A DNA stretch of 39,108 bases from an uncultured Rhodospirillaceae bacterium (lineage in GTDB: Bacteria > Pseudomonadota > Alphaproteobacteria > RF32 > CAG-239): NCBI GenBank assembly GCA_900318605.1, contig ONLJ01000011.1, positions 1 through 39,108 of the forward strand. The letters run 5' to 3'. The notes under the pieces were generated by a model. That model had not been told where the DNA came from, searched no databases, and saw only the letters and a program-made list of their open reading frames with translations. The position numbers and the translations under genes were made by a program. This document shows, piece by piece, positions 1 to 10,053 of this stretch. Each line of letters starts with the position of its first letter. Positions within the stretch are counted from its first letter, which is position 1.

Positions 1-480
1 AATCTGCGCTATGAGAAAATCATCATAATGACCGATGCTGATGTTGACGGCGCACATATTACTTCGTTGTTAATGACTTTTTTCTATCAACATATGCCGA
101 AGCTAATTGAAAACGGACATCTGTTTATTGCTACTCCGCCGCTTTATAAAATCGTGGCAGGAGGCAAGAACTATTATGCTCTTGATGATGAGGAAAAAGA
201 TAAGATTTTAGCCAAAGTCATTAAAGGTAATACAAAGCCGGATATCAGCCGTTTCAAGGGTTTGGGCGAGATGAGTCCGACCCAGTTAAAAGAAACGACA
301 ATGGATAAAAATAATCGTATTTTGTTGCGTGTGGTAATCCCGAATACGTCGACCGAGGAAGGTCGCTCCGAAGATTTTGAAACGCGCCGTCAGGTTGAAC
401 GCCTTATGGGTAAGGATCCGGAACAACGCTTTAAATTCATTATCGAACGGGCAAAATTTGTTGATAATCTGGATATCTGA
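1..480 (+). CDS. parE: Type IIA topoisomerase B subunit, C-terminal part (5' end outside window); ParE-like
   Basis: Frame 1 is open from nt 1 ([20 protein letters not shown], the Toprim acidic motif). It continues with [18 protein letters not shown] and a C-terminal [25 protein letters not shown] tail that resembles proteobacterial ParE more than GyrB. The ParE-versus-GyrB choice is from memory of family tails, not a search. Confidence 0.8.
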   Translation, partial: NLRYEKIIIMTDADVDGAHITSLLMTFFYQHMPKLIENGHLFIATPPLYKIVAGGKNYYALDDEEKDKILAKVIKGNTKPDISRFKGLGEMSPTQLKETTMDKNNRILLRVVIPNTSTEEGRSEDFETRRQVERLMGKDPEQRFKFIIERAKFVDNLDI

Positions 481-512
481 CCGAAAAATCAACTATCTTT
501 TAAAGCTTTTTT

Positions 513-1439
513 TTAACTTTTTCCGCTTTTGCTTTTTCTTTTTATTCTTGAGAAAAGAGATTCGTTCTGGCGTTGTTCTTGAGTAAGTCCGCTTTCAACG
601 CCGAAAATAGTGTACCTTAGCGCAAATGTACAGTTATCATCTTCGCATTTACAACCTGATTTTGCATTGCCACGAGAAAACGGCGTAGGTAAGAAATGAT
701 CGGCAGGCTTTGTGACATTCATACTATAATGACGCCGCTGACGAATACTGCGCGCCCTTCCCTTTTCATCGATAAATGAAGTAAACTTCACATCGGTATC
801 ACGTTTATCAATATCCTGCAGCGCCAAATCTTCGCCAGTACTTTCGTCGTAACTTCCGATAGCTACAGCCAATAATCCCTTAACTTTATCACCCCAATCC
901 ATCATAGCAAGATTGACACACACATCTTTCGGCAAACCCTGATAAGACATCTTAAAGGTGGAAGATTCCAGATTATCCTTAAAATTATGAAGTTTATCTG
1001 ATGGAGCGATAACAATTTCTCCTCCATAAGGATTTACCAGTGATTTTTTATCGGCAGCTATTATTGATCTCGGGATGGCATCAACCTCAATCAAACGCTG
1101 AACCGAAGCCTCGGTTTCATCATCATAAACCATATAGTGAGTACGGATATTTTCCACCAAATTCGAAATTTGCTGCGTAGTGTAGTTCAGCTTTGTCAAA
1201 AATTGCAAACTCTGATAATTTACTTTCAAAAAACTGAAAAACAGATATGCCGCGGTACCATACAAAATTACCATAATCGAATATTTCTGGATTTTAGGCA
1301 TATATTTATTAAACCACGACTGATGTTTTTTCTTCCATTTTTTGAAAAAAAAATTTTCTTTCCGCGGATCAGGCGACTGATTATTAAGATTTGCAAATTT
1401 ATCATACATATCCGTTACCCCGCTATCTGCCCGTGACAA
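513..1439 (-). CDS. Hypothetical single-pass membrane protein with a pilin-like C-terminal domain
   Basis: 308-aa ORF with a Lys-rich N-terminus and one hydrophobic helix ([19 protein letters not shown]). The C-terminal part shares YGGE(I/V) and GLP(K/R)DV...DWG motifs with the pilin-like ORF at 28626-29102. The start is uncertain: ATG 1439 overlaps the secA 3' end by 25 nt, and an alternative ATG at 1409 lies 5 nt after the secA stop. Confidence 0.5.
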   Translation of the reverse strand: MSRADSGVTDMYDKFANLNNQSPDPRKENFFFKKWKKKHQSWFNKYMPKIQKYSIMVILYGTAAYLFFSFLKVNYQSLQFLTKLNYTTQQISNLVENIRTHYMVYDDETEASVQRLIEVDAIPRSIIAADKKSLVNPYGGEIVIAPSDKLHNFKDNLESSTFKMSYQGLPKDVCVNLAMMDWGDKVKGLLAVAIGSYDESTGEDLALQDIDKRDTDVKFTSFIDEKGRARSIRQRRHYSMNVTKPADHFLPTPFSRGNAKSGCKCEDDNCTFALRYTIFGVESGLTQEQRQNESLFSRIKRKSKSGKS

Positions 1440-4087
1440 TGTTTAAACTTTTTACCGCTGCCGCAAGGACACGGGTCATTACGAGCAACGTTTGCAAACA
1501 TTGAACTGTCAAGTTTCTCCGCACCCAAATTCAATTCTTCATGCACAGCCGACATTTTACGATTTTGCTGTTTTTCCTCTGCTTTCTGCATTGCTTCACG
1601 AGTATTGGTTTGGATTACAGTATGACAAATAACCACCGTTACCCTTTCTTTCAAGACATCTAAAAGCTGAGAAAACATATTAAATGCTTCTTTTTTATAT
1701 TCATTAAGCGGATTTTTCTGCCCATATGCACGCAAAACAATGGTATGACGCATCAAATCGAGTGTTGCAATATGATCTTTCCAAAGTTGGTCAAGAACTT
1801 GCAAAAAAATACTTTTCTGCACCATTTTTACTACATCAGGAGGCAAAGTTGTTTCTCTTTCAGCCATACGGACATCTACTTCACTTAAAATTTGTTCGCG
1901 CAAAGTTTCGCTGTCGATATTCGGATTGTTGCACCAATTCGAAATCGGTAAAATAAATCCGGTCGTCATTGATAAGTCGTGCTTCAATCCTTCAATATTC
2001 CACTCTGATACTGCTGTTCCATAAGGCGCATGTGAAGAAATAATTGCGCTTAAATATTCATCACGCATATCTTTTATTGTCGCCGACAAATCATCGGTTT
2101 CCATAATTTCGCGACGTTGCTCATAAATAATTTTACGTTGGTCATTCATCACGTTATCATATTTAAGCAAGTCTTTTCTGATATCAAAATTACGTTCTTC
2201 AACTTTCTGCTGAGCTTTTTCCAAAGCTTTGCTTATCCACGGATGAACAAGAGCTTCTCCTTCCGGCAAACCAAGTCTTTGCATAACGCTTGACATTTTC
2301 TCCGAACCGAAAATACGCATTAAATCATCTTGCATGGAGAGGAAAAATTTAGAAGTTCCTGGATCCCCTTGACGACCCGAACGACCGCGCAGCTGATTAT
2401 CAATACGACGACTTTCATGGCGTTCGGTACCCAAAATAAACAAACCGCCGGCTTTAAGAACTTTTTCTTTATCTTCAGCCACTTCTTTTTCGATTTTTGC
2501 TTTAATTTTAGCAATCTGCTCAGGCGATTCATCTCCTTTAAGTGCATCTTTAAGTTTCATATCCGGATTACCGCCGAGCTGAATATCGGTACCGCGACCG
2601 GCCATGTTGGTAGCAATCGTAACCGCTCCGGAAACACCGGCCTGTGCCACAATATAAGCCTCGCGTTCATGATAACGAGCATTCAACACTTCAAACTTGA
2701 TATCCGGTGCCGCTTTTTTGAGCAGTTCGGCAACCACCTCAGACTTTTCAACCGAAGTTGTACCGACCAAAACCGGCTGACCTTTTTTATGACATTCGAT
2801 AATCGTGTTGATAATTGCGCGATATTTTTCATTTTCCGTACGATAAATTTCATCTTGTAAATCTTCACGAGCAATCGGACGGTTAGTCGGAATTTCAATA
2901 CAAACCAGATTATAAATATCGGAAAATTCGGTTTCTTCTGTCATCGCCGTACCGGTCATACCGGAAAGTTTCGGATAAAGGCGGAAGTAATTTTGGAATG
3001 TAATCGAAGCAAGTGTTTGATTTTCCGACTGGATTTTCACACCTTCTTTAGCCTCCAACGCTTGATGAAGTCCGTCGCTGAAACGACGTCCTTCCATAAT
3101 ACGTCCGGTAAACTCATCAACGATCACAACCTTATTGTCTTTTACGATATAATCAACGTCGCGCTGATACATCACTCTTGCCCGCAAAGCATTATTAACA
3201 TGTTGCACCAAGTTAACATTGCCGATATCATAAAGCGAACCTTCATTGATTAAACCGGCTTCGTGAAGCATTTTTTCGACATGTTCCATACCGGCTTCGG
3301 TCAATGTAACATTTTTTTGTTTTTCGTCTTTTTCATAGTCCTCGGCAACTAAATTCGGAATAATTTTTGCCATTTTGATATATGTCTCAGACGAATCCTC
3401 GGCTTCTCCGGAAATAATAAGCGGCGTACGAGCCTCATCAATTAAAATCGAATCGACCTCATCGACGATGGCAAAATTAAAATCGCGCTGAACTCTCTCC
3501 GGCAAGCTGAATTTCATATTGTCGCGCAAATAATCGAATCCCAACTCATTATTGGTACCGTAAACAATATCACAGGCATAAGCCATACGACGCTCATTGT
3601 CGCCTTTGCCGTGTACAATATAATCAACGGTCAATCCCAAAAAGCGATAAATCTGCCCCATCCATTCGGCATCACGTTTTGCCAAATAATCATTAACCGT
3701 AACGACATGAACGCCCTTACCTTCCAAGGCATTCAGATACGCCGCCAAGGTTGCTACAAGTGTTTTACCCTCACCGGTTTTCATTTCGGCAATCATACCG
3801 TTATGCAAAACAATACCGCCGATAAGCTGAACATCATAGTGGCGCTGTCCCAAAACGCGCTTTGCCGCTTCACGTACGGTTGCAAAAGCCTCCGGCAAAA
3901 TATCATCCAGAGTTTCCCCTTTTTTCAAGCGATTTCTGAATTCATCGGTTTTAGCCTTAAGTTCCTCATCCGAAAGTTTTATAAACTCCGGCTCCAACTC
4001 ATTGATATGTCTTACAATTTTATTTTGTTTTCTGATATATCTGTCGTTTGAACTACCAAAAATCTTACGGGCGATTTTTCCTAACAT
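1415..4087 (-). CDS. secA: Preprotein translocase ATPase SecA
   Basis: 890-aa ORF with the motor motifs [32 protein letters not shown] and [14 protein letters not shown]. It ends in the C-terminal zinc-binding tail [14 protein letters not shown]. Confidence 0.97.
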   Translation of the reverse strand: MLGKIARKIFGSSNDRYIRKQNKIVRHINELEPEFIKLSDEELKAKTDEFRNRLKKGETLDDILPEAFATVREAAKRVLGQRHYDVQLIGGIVLHNGMIAEMKTGEGKTLVATLAAYLNALEGKGVHVVTVNDYLAKRDAEWMGQIYRFLGLTVDYIVHGKGDNERRMAYACDIVYGTNNELGFDYLRDNMKFSLPERVQRDFNFAIVDEVDSILIDEARTPLIISGEAEDSSETYIKMAKIIPNLVAEDYEKDEKQKNVTLTEAGMEHVEKMLHEAGLINEGSLYDIGNVNLVQHVNNALRARVMYQRDVDYIVKDNKVVIVDEFTGRIMEGRRFSDGLHQALEAKEGVKIQSENQTLASITFQNYFRLYPKLSGMTGTAMTEETEFSDIYNLVCIEIPTNRPIAREDLQDEIYRTENEKYRAIINTIIECHKKGQPVLVGTTSVEKSEVVAELLKKAAPDIKFEVLNARYHEREAYIVAQAGVSGAVTIATNMAGRGTDIQLGGNPDMKLKDALKGDESPEQIAKIKAKIEKEVAEDKEKVLKAGGLFILGTERHESRRIDNQLRGRSGRQGDPGTSKFFLSMQDDLMRIFGSEKMSSVMQRLGLPEGEALVHPWISKALEKAQQKVEERNFDIRKDLLKYDNVMNDQRKIIYEQRREIMETDDLSATIKDMRDEYLSAIISSHAPYGTAVSEWNIEGLKHDLSMTTGFILPISNWCNNPNIDSETLREQILSEVDVRMAERETTLPPDVVKMVQKSIFLQVLDQLWKDHIATLDLMRHTIVLRAYGQKNPLNEYKKEAFNMFSQLLDVLKERVTVVICHTVIQTNTREAMQKAEEKQQNRKMSAVHEELNLGAEKLDSSMFANVARNDPCPCGSGKKFKHCHGQIAG

Positions 4088-4260
4088 ATACTTTATTTTC
4101 CTTGAATATTACACTATACTTGGAACGAATTTAGTTTGAATAAAAAATAAAGTCAAGACTCACTAAAAAAAAGTTATAAACTTGTGTGAAAAAAAACTTT
4201 GAAATTTAGAAATAAAGTATATATGATACTCCTGTTTTGTTTATTTATTTGGAGGAATTG

Positions 4261-5097
4261 ATGCAAAAAAAATATTTATTGGCTACCGGAGCGATTGCGG
4301 TCGTACTCGTTGCCGGAGCTTTCACTTATAACGTATGGGCCGAAAAAAACAACGGCGTTGCCGCAATTGTCAACGGCGAACAGATAACCGTAGCCGAAGT
4401 AAAAAACGCTTATGATGATAATCCGCAGATTAAAGCTCAGGTTCCGTTCAACGAATTTTATGACAGAGCCTTGGACGTTATCATAAACGGGAAACTTGCA
4501 TTGCAGGCTGCCACAAAAGCAAATATTCAAGCTACGCCCGAATATCAAAAAGAATTGGCTCAAATGCAGGAAGATTTGGCTCGTAAAGTTTATATCGACA
4601 AGCAAATTGTTTCTAAAGTTACCGAAGATGAGGTCAAAAAATTTTATGATGAATACGTCAAAAATTTCAAAAGCACCAAAGAAGTAAAAGCCAAACATAT
4701 TCTGGTTGATACCGAAGATTTGGCAAAAGAAGTCATTGAAAAACTTAACAATAAAGCCGATTTTGATGAACTTGCTCGTGATTATTCAAAAGATCAACCT
4801 GATTTGGGTTATTTTACCGAAGACATGATGGTACCGGAATTTTCTTCCGTAGTATTTGCGATGGATAAAGGCACTTATTCCCAAGAACCGGTTAAAACCG
4901 AATTCGGATACCATGTAATTTATGTTGAGGATATCAGAGATTCTCAGCCTTTGGATTTCAAGGCGGTTGAACCGCAAATCAGAAATAATCTTTCGCAGAA
5001 AGCCGTTGATGATGTAATCAATGACTTGCAGCGTGATGCTCAAATCGAAAAGTTCGATTTGGAAGGCAATAAGATTAAAGAAGAATCCGCAAAATAA
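4261..5097 (+). CDS. Membrane-anchored/periplasmic parvulin-type peptidyl-prolyl cis-trans isomerase (PpiC/PrsA/SurA-like)
   Basis: Start moved from TTG 4237 to ATG 4261, which follows GGAGGA at 4251-4256. N-terminal hydrophobic segment KYLLATGAIAVVLVAGAF. Parvulin domain KAKHILVDTEDLAKEV...DLGYFTEDMMVPEF...FGYHVIYVEDIR. Confidence 0.85.
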   Translation: MQKKYLLATGAIAVVLVAGAFTYNVWAEKNNGVAAIVNGEQITVAEVKNAYDDNPQIKAQVPFNEFYDRALDVIINGKLALQAATKANIQATPEYQKELAQMQEDLARKVYIDKQIVSKVTEDEVKKFYDEYVKNFKSTKEVKAKHILVDTEDLAKEVIEKLNNKADFDELARDYSKDQPDLGYFTEDMMVPEFSSVVFAMDKGTYSQEPVKTEFGYHVIYVEDIRDSQPLDFKAVEPQIRNNLSQKAVDDVINDLQRDAQIEKFDLEGNKIKEESAK

Positions 5098-5118
5098 AAT
5101 TTTTGACTTTCCGATTTA

Positions 5119-5147
5119 TGCCGGATTTCAACAATCCGGCATTTTTT
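5119..5147 (+). terminator. Rho-independent terminator after the PPIase gene
   Basis: Hairpin TGCCGGATT-tcaac-AATCCGGCA followed by TTTTTT (5142-5147). Confidence 0.75.
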
Positions 5148-5181
5148 AATTAAAACAACTCTATCTACCAAATTTGAAAAA

Positions 5182-5964
5182 TCAATCTTCCGACAAAGAT
5201 TTTATGTATTCATAATCTTTTATTCTTAAATCGATATGCTGTTCGACTCCATGCCCTGTTTCCAATGTAATATAGGCATTTTCATCGGTATAATTGCGCA
5301 AAAAATTCTTCAGCGGATAATTTCCGTCGCCGAGATGTAAATGCAAATCATCAGCTTTATTTATATCTCCATCGCACAAATGATAGACAGTCGGTTTCAA
5401 TTCAAACAAACTTTTTAACTGCGTTTGAATATCCATATTCAAACTCAAAGCCGCACAAATTGCGTGTGAAAAATCGAAACAAAATCCGCAGCCGCTTTTA
5501 TCCATAATATAAGCGATTGCTGCGGCAGTATTACCATGTAGCGCTTCGCCCTCACTCCCGTAATAAGGAATATTTTCAATAACAATCCGCTTATCATTAA
5601 AACCCTTAAACTGCCGCGCCGTTTCCTCAATATACTTTTGACCATGACCATATCCGCCATGCACCACAATAGTTTTAGAATTAAAAATATCGGCAATTTT
5701 TTGCGATATTGCAATCAATTTTCTGTTTTGAGTTTCCGCTTCTTTGTTGCCTGTATCAAAATTTGTGTATGGTGCATGTATCCGCACTTCCACATCTCCG
5801 AGTTGTCGTTTTATTTTCATAAAATCATCATCACTGCTGTCGGGAATAACCATCAGCTCCATAAACATATCTTTTTTTGTTGCGACAAACTCGGCACATT
5901 CCTTGACCAATGCCGGTGCTGTTTGTAAATTTGTACTGAATAATTTGAAACCTAATTTTCTCAT
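5182..5964 (-). CDS. Xylose-isomerase-like TIM-barrel protein (sugar phosphate isomerase/epimerase family)
   Basis: 260-aa ORF with the spaced metal and active-site pattern typical of the family: RIHAPY, IVVHGGYGHG, VIENIPY, CFDFSHA, HLCDGD...LHLHLGDGNYP. Substrate unknown. Confidence 0.6.
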   Translation of the reverse strand: MRKLGFKLFSTNLQTAPALVKECAEFVATKKDMFMELMVIPDSSDDDFMKIKRQLGDVEVRIHAPYTNFDTGNKEAETQNRKLIAISQKIADIFNSKTIVVHGGYGHGQKYIEETARQFKGFNDKRIVIENIPYYGSEGEALHGNTAAAIAYIMDKSGCGFCFDFSHAICAALSLNMDIQTQLKSLFELKPTVYHLCDGDINKADDLHLHLGDGNYPLKNFLRNYTDENAYITLETGHGVEQHIDLRIKDYEYIKSLSED

Positions 5965-5982
5965 TGTCTTTTTCTCTGCAAA

Positions 5983-7263
5983 TTATTTTTTATTCGCCTG
6001 CCAACCTTTAGCCGCACGACTGATACAATCATCATATCTTCCGCAAAATGTTTTTGGCATAGCTATTTTTCCACACACAATTTTTTGACCGACATCTAAA
6101 ATTTCCGGAATTTCCCAAACTTTATTTTCCAACTTATAACGAGCCAAATCGGCAAAAAGACGCGCCTCCATAAAATCCCCGAAATTAGACTGTTTGATAA
6201 CCGGCTCATACGCAAATTTTTCCCGTAAGTTTGCAAAACTCTTTTCATGTTCCGGTAAAATAAAAACTTTTCCTGCTAATAACTTTTCAAAACTTTGACG
6301 AACAACCGGATTTTTCCAACCTCCTCCGAATAAAATAATTTGAGCCGGCATTTTTATATTATCAGGAAGCAGTGTCAGAGCCTGAACGGCAATATATGCA
6401 GCGGCATATTCAAATGTATGAACTACATCTTCAAACGAAATATTTTCCTGTTGCACATATTGAAAAATTCGGCTCTTATGATAATAAGCCGGATCTCCCG
6501 ATTTCGGTAAAGGAGTTTCATAAAAATCCCGTCCGCAATTAAAAATTTCTTTCAGTAATTTTTCGTTCAAATTTCCGTTTTTACCGAACATTCCGTCTTT
6601 ATCATAACTTTCGGCAGAATACCGACGAATATAATTATCGGTATATTCATTAAACGGACCGGCATCTGTACCGAGTAACGCCTTTTTCTCATTTATAATT
6701 GCAAAATTTGAAGTATTTCCGCCGTTATAATAGATACCATCACCTTCCGAAACGGAAATATGAGCATTGTGAGGTGCTACCAATGGTGCGCCGTCAAATC
6801 CTTTCATCAACGGATCAGAACGAAAATCATAAACTACCGGAATACCTGTCAAATCAGCCAACATTTGTCCCGAGCCGATTTGCAATGTATAAGCTTGTGT
6901 CCCGTCAATTTTCGCTTTGGAAGGCGGATTATGATCCAAAGTTTTACCATGAAAGCCGATTGCATCAATAGTAGATTTGTCAATATTATTTTCCCGACAC
7001 ATTTCATTTATACATTCGGCAATCTGCTTTACATAATCATCGTGAACAGATTGAAAATCCGGAATATTTTTGATTTCTTCCGCAGTTTTATTAAAAACTT
7101 CCACCCTTAAATATTCAATCCTTTCCTGCATATTTTTCGTATAAGGACGGGTAAAAGTACAAATATCGGTCATTTTATCACCGTCAAACTCAGTTAATAC
7201 CAAGTCGATGGCATCCATCGAATTTCCCGTCATATTTCCGATTATTTTATATTTTGCCATCAT
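5983..7263 (-). CDS. Anhydro-N-acetylmuramic acid kinase (AnmK)/levoglucosan kinase family protein
   Basis: The family pattern runs along the whole length: GNMTGNSMDAIDLVL, GFHGKTLDH, TLQIGSGQMLADLTGIPVVYDFRSDP...FDGAPLV, YNGGNTSN, TDAGPFNEYTDNY, YDKDGMFGKNGNLNEKLL, LPKSGDP, ILFGGGWKNP. Start set to the ATG pair 7263/7260, preceded by GAGGAG. The ORF-track start 7290 would overlap the upstream gene by 44 nt. Confidence 0.7.
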   Translation of the reverse strand: MMAKYKIIGNMTGNSMDAIDLVLTEFDGDKMTDICTFTRPYTKNMQERIEYLRVEVFNKTAEEIKNIPDFQSVHDDYVKQIAECINEMCRENNIDKSTIDAIGFHGKTLDHNPPSKAKIDGTQAYTLQIGSGQMLADLTGIPVVYDFRSDPLMKGFDGAPLVAPHNAHISVSEGDGIYYNGGNTSNFAIINEKKALLGTDAGPFNEYTDNYIRRYSAESYDKDGMFGKNGNLNEKLLKEIFNCGRDFYETPLPKSGDPAYYHKSRIFQYVQQENISFEDVVHTFEYAAAYIAVQALTLLPDNIKMPAQIILFGGGWKNPVVRQSFEKLLAGKVFILPEHEKSFANLREKFAYEPVIKQSNFGDFMEARLFADLARYKLENKVWEIPEILDVGQKIVCGKIAMPKTFCGRYDDCISRAAKGWQANKK

Positions 7264-8854
7264 ATTCTCCTCTTTTACCTTGCCATTCAATATCTTTTGT
7301 TCTTAAAATACATCTCAAAACATCATAAAATGCTTCAACCAACACACAAGGTTTCACTGCCGAGGTAACCCTTAAATCTGAAGGCCAATGCGAAGGCGGC
7401 ACAAAACATTCAATCGGAATAACCGAAACATTGCAGTCATTCAATATCCGCAAAAAAAGTTCGTAAGCAGTCTGTCGACTGTTTTTTAATCTGATAATAA
7501 TATTAGGTGATACATCATGCAATCCGAAAATATCAAAATATTTTTCCAAATTAAATTTTCTAATCATACTCAAAATCACAAAGTTCTGAAATTTTATATG
7601 TAAATCAATCAGTTCTCTCCATATTTTAAACTCTTGCAATAAAAGAGATTTATCGGATATTTTACCTTTTAATTCCGGCGGAACAGCTGCTTTTCTTTTT
7701 TCCAAAAACGCTTTCTCATAAAAAGCCGTCAATGATACCGTATAATATAAAAAAGACGGCGGAGAACCATAGGTAGTGCTTGCATGCCGATAAAATTTAT
7801 CAATAAAGCTGGCATCGGCCAAAATATGACCTAACTTAAGTCCGGCAATATTATACATTTTAGAATACGAAGCTAATACAATCAGATTTTTATATTTTAT
7901 CGGATCAAGATACGGACTGATTTTTTCATCAAACATAATCTCGTCTGCAATAAAATAAGTTCCGAATCTGGCACATTTTTCCTGTAACACCGGTAAAAAC
8001 TTTTTAATATCGGAAAAGCCACCGGGATTATGCGGAATACTGAATAAAACCACAGCGGTTTTTTCATCAATTCCGTTAATAATATTTTCCATTGAAAAGG
8101 AATAATCCCGATTTAAGAAATATATTTCCGGCTTAAAATAATACCCGATGACATCAATTATCGGAGCATACGTCGGGACAATAACAATACATTTTTTCTG
8201 TCTGTTTCCGAGTTTGGAAATAAAAGACAAAAGTGAGTTCAACCCTTCCGTACCGCCTTGAACGACTGCCGTATTTTCGGCTGAACACTTTTTTTGATTT
8301 CTGCGAAACTGCTCCAGTTGAGCAATTTTACCACGCGTATCCCTATGCCCCAAAGAATCGGAATAACCGAACCAATCATTTTCGGCTGCGACATTTAATC
8401 CCGCTTTAACAAAGGCCGGAGGAAAAAAATAATTCGGGTCATTAACTCCCCGGCTTAAATGTATCGTATTTTTTTTCCTTTTTGATTCACCATAAACATC
8501 ATAGCGGAAAAAACAATCAAAAATTTCTTTTTTTTCTTTAAGCGGAATTTTGTTGTAATTTATCTCAGTCGGTTCTTCTCGCCAATTTTTTACTTTTTCG
8601 GATATGGAAGAAATATTCCAATTTGCACGAAAATAATTTTCATTTTTTGTTTTTTTCCACTCCTTCAGATTTAACGATTTTAATTTTTTCATCAATAAAT
8701 CATATCCGACCGGAATATCCTTTGATAAACGGATATTTTTTAACAAATTTTCTTTAATACAATTATCGACCGGAAAAGACAGGTTCAGCCGTTCAATCAA
8801 TTTTTGAGATTTTTTTTCCAGTTTATGAGCCGTATTGATAAAATCCGTGTTCAT
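7247..8854 (-). CDS. PLP-dependent aminotransferase (fold type I, class I/II) with a long Lys-rich N-terminal extension
   Basis: Core motifs: VVQGGTEGLNSLL, VIVPTYAPI, SIPHNPGG, FIADEIMFDE, and the PLP-lysine motif ASYSKMYNIAGLKLG. About 170 residues precede the recognisable aminotransferase core. Start set to ATG 8854 (MNTDFINT..., AGGAAA upstream). The ORF-track start 8968 is a likely over-extension into the divergent promoter region. Confidence 0.7.
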   Translation of the reverse strand: MNTDFINTAHKLEKKSQKLIERLNLSFPVDNCIKENLLKNIRLSKDIPVGYDLLMKKLKSLNLKEWKKTKNENYFRANWNISSISEKVKNWREEPTEINYNKIPLKEKKEIFDCFFRYDVYGESKRKKNTIHLSRGVNDPNYFFPPAFVKAGLNVAAENDWFGYSDSLGHRDTRGKIAQLEQFRRNQKKCSAENTAVVQGGTEGLNSLLSFISKLGNRQKKCIVIVPTYAPIIDVIGYYFKPEIYFLNRDYSFSMENIINGIDEKTAVVLFSIPHNPGGFSDIKKFLPVLQEKCARFGTYFIADEIMFDEKISPYLDPIKYKNLIVLASYSKMYNIAGLKLGHILADASFIDKFYRHASTTYGSPPSFLYYTVSLTAFYEKAFLEKRKAAVPPELKGKISDKSLLLQEFKIWRELIDLHIKFQNFVILSMIRKFNLEKYFDIFGLHDVSPNIIIRLKNSRQTAYELFLRILNDCNVSVIPIECFVPPSHWPSDLRVTSAVKPCVLVEAFYDVLRCILRTKDIEWQGKRGEYDGKI

Positions 8855-8984
8855 TTTATTTCCTTTTTTTAGCATCATAAACTTAAAAACAAATCTTGTC
8901 CATATAATTATTTTCTTGCCATCTTTTATAAAGTCGTATATAAACATAAATGACTTCAAACATTGCATTTTAAGGAGATTTCAA

Positions 8985-10037
8985 ATGTCTTTTGCCGATT
9001 TAATCAAACCGCATAAATTAGCTCCCGGCGACAAGGTTGCGATTATTTCCCCGTCATGGGCCGGAGCAAGTGTTTATCATGACAGATATTCAGCCGGCAT
9101 AAAGCAAATGGAAGACGAGTTCGGATTGATTGCCGTTGAAGCTCCCAACTCCATGATTGATGCACGGGAAAATGCTGATAATCCGCAAAAAAGGGCAGAT
9201 GACATAAATTGGGCAGTCAAAAATAAAGAAATTAAAGCCATTATTCCGGTAATCGGCGGTGATGATGCCGTACGTCTTTTACCATTTTTGGATTATAAAG
9301 CAATCAGAAACAACCCAAAAATCTTATTGGGCTATTCTGACGGAACCGTTTTACATTTGGCATTTTTGCACGCCGGGGTAAGATCAATCTACGGTCCGGC
9401 AATCATGGCCGGCGGCTTTGCCGAAAACGGGGGGATGTTTGATTATTTCAAAAATTCGGTCAGAAAGACACTTTTTTCAACCGACATCATCGGAAAAATC
9501 GAACCGAATATGGATGGTTGGACAGACGAAGAATTACCATGGAGAGATCCCCAAAATCAGTCCATAAAAAGAAAATTAAAAAAGTCAACCGGCAATAAAG
9601 TGTTGTTGCAAAACGGAAAAGTTCAAGGACATTTGTTCGGCGGATGCATTGAAGTATTGGAAATGCTTAAAGGGACTCCGGTATGGCCGGAAAAAGAATT
9701 TTTCAACGATGCGATACTCTTTTTTGAAACTTCGGAAGAAGCTCCGTCAATTGACTATGTTGTACGGGTATTACGCAATTATGCGGCAACCGGAATTTTG
9801 CAAAAAGCAAACGGGATTATAATCGGCCGCGGCGCTTCATTGCCCGAAAATGAAATGGACAGATACGATCAGGCATTCCTTCATGTAGTTCAAAAAGAAT
9901 GTCACTTAAATATCCCTATCATATCCCAGATGGATTTCGGACATACCGATCCGATGTTTTTATTGCCTTACGGAGCAAAAGCGGAAATTGATTCTTCAAA
10001 CGGAAGTTTTTCAATTTTGGAAAGCGCCGTCATTTAG
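8985..10037 (+). CDS. S66-family serine peptidase, MccF-like (LD-carboxypeptidase family)
   Basis: Start at ATG 8985, after AAGGAG at 8972-8977. Nucleophile motif PKILLGYSDGTVLHL, acid FFETSEE, His motif MDFGHTDPMFLLPYG. The 350-aa length and an inserted Trp-containing loop (DGWTDEELPWRDPQNQSIKRKLKK) fit the MccF clade better than the ~300-aa LdcA. Confidence 0.75.
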   Translation: MSFADLIKPHKLAPGDKVAIISPSWAGASVYHDRYSAGIKQMEDEFGLIAVEAPNSMIDARENADNPQKRADDINWAVKNKEIKAIIPVIGGDDAVRLLPFLDYKAIRNNPKILLGYSDGTVLHLAFLHAGVRSIYGPAIMAGGFAENGGMFDYFKNSVRKTLFSTDIIGKIEPNMDGWTDEELPWRDPQNQSIKRKLKKSTGNKVLLQNGKVQGHLFGGCIEVLEMLKGTPVWPEKEFFNDAILFFETSEEAPSIDYVVRVLRNYAATGILQKANGIIIGRGASLPENEMDRYDQAFLHVVQKECHLNIPIISQMDFGHTDPMFLLPYGAKAEIDSSNGSFSILESAVI

Positions 10038-10053
10038 GTTTACTCTAAGAAAA

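Noticed and set aside
2330-2860. Long antisense or alternate-frame ORFs inside well-supported genes. Examples: 2330-2860 and 3611-4051 opposite secA, 4276-4698 opposite the PPIase gene, 22570-23016 opposite nrdD, 24750-25175 opposite trpS, 26622-26990 opposite clpB, 36035-36433 opposite adhE, and 13325-15846-type small ORFs opposite the accessory genes.
   Set aside because: Each lies wholly within a gene whose translation carries strong family motifs. Their own translations are low-complexity (F/I/L/K/R-rich) with no motifs. These are typical shadow ORFs.
8835-8984. 5' extensions in the ORF track: 8835-8984 (MccF-like), 8855-8968 (aminotransferase), 9988-10053 (HAD), 21337-21375 (nrdG), 33645-33698 (OB-fold), 36578-36646 (Cys-rich), 4237-4260 (PPIase), 7264-7290 (AnmK-like).
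   Set aside because: In each case an internal ATG is preceded by a good GGAG-type RBS and begins where family homology or a signal peptide starts. The extensions would overlap divergent or upstream genes and encode hydrophobic junk.
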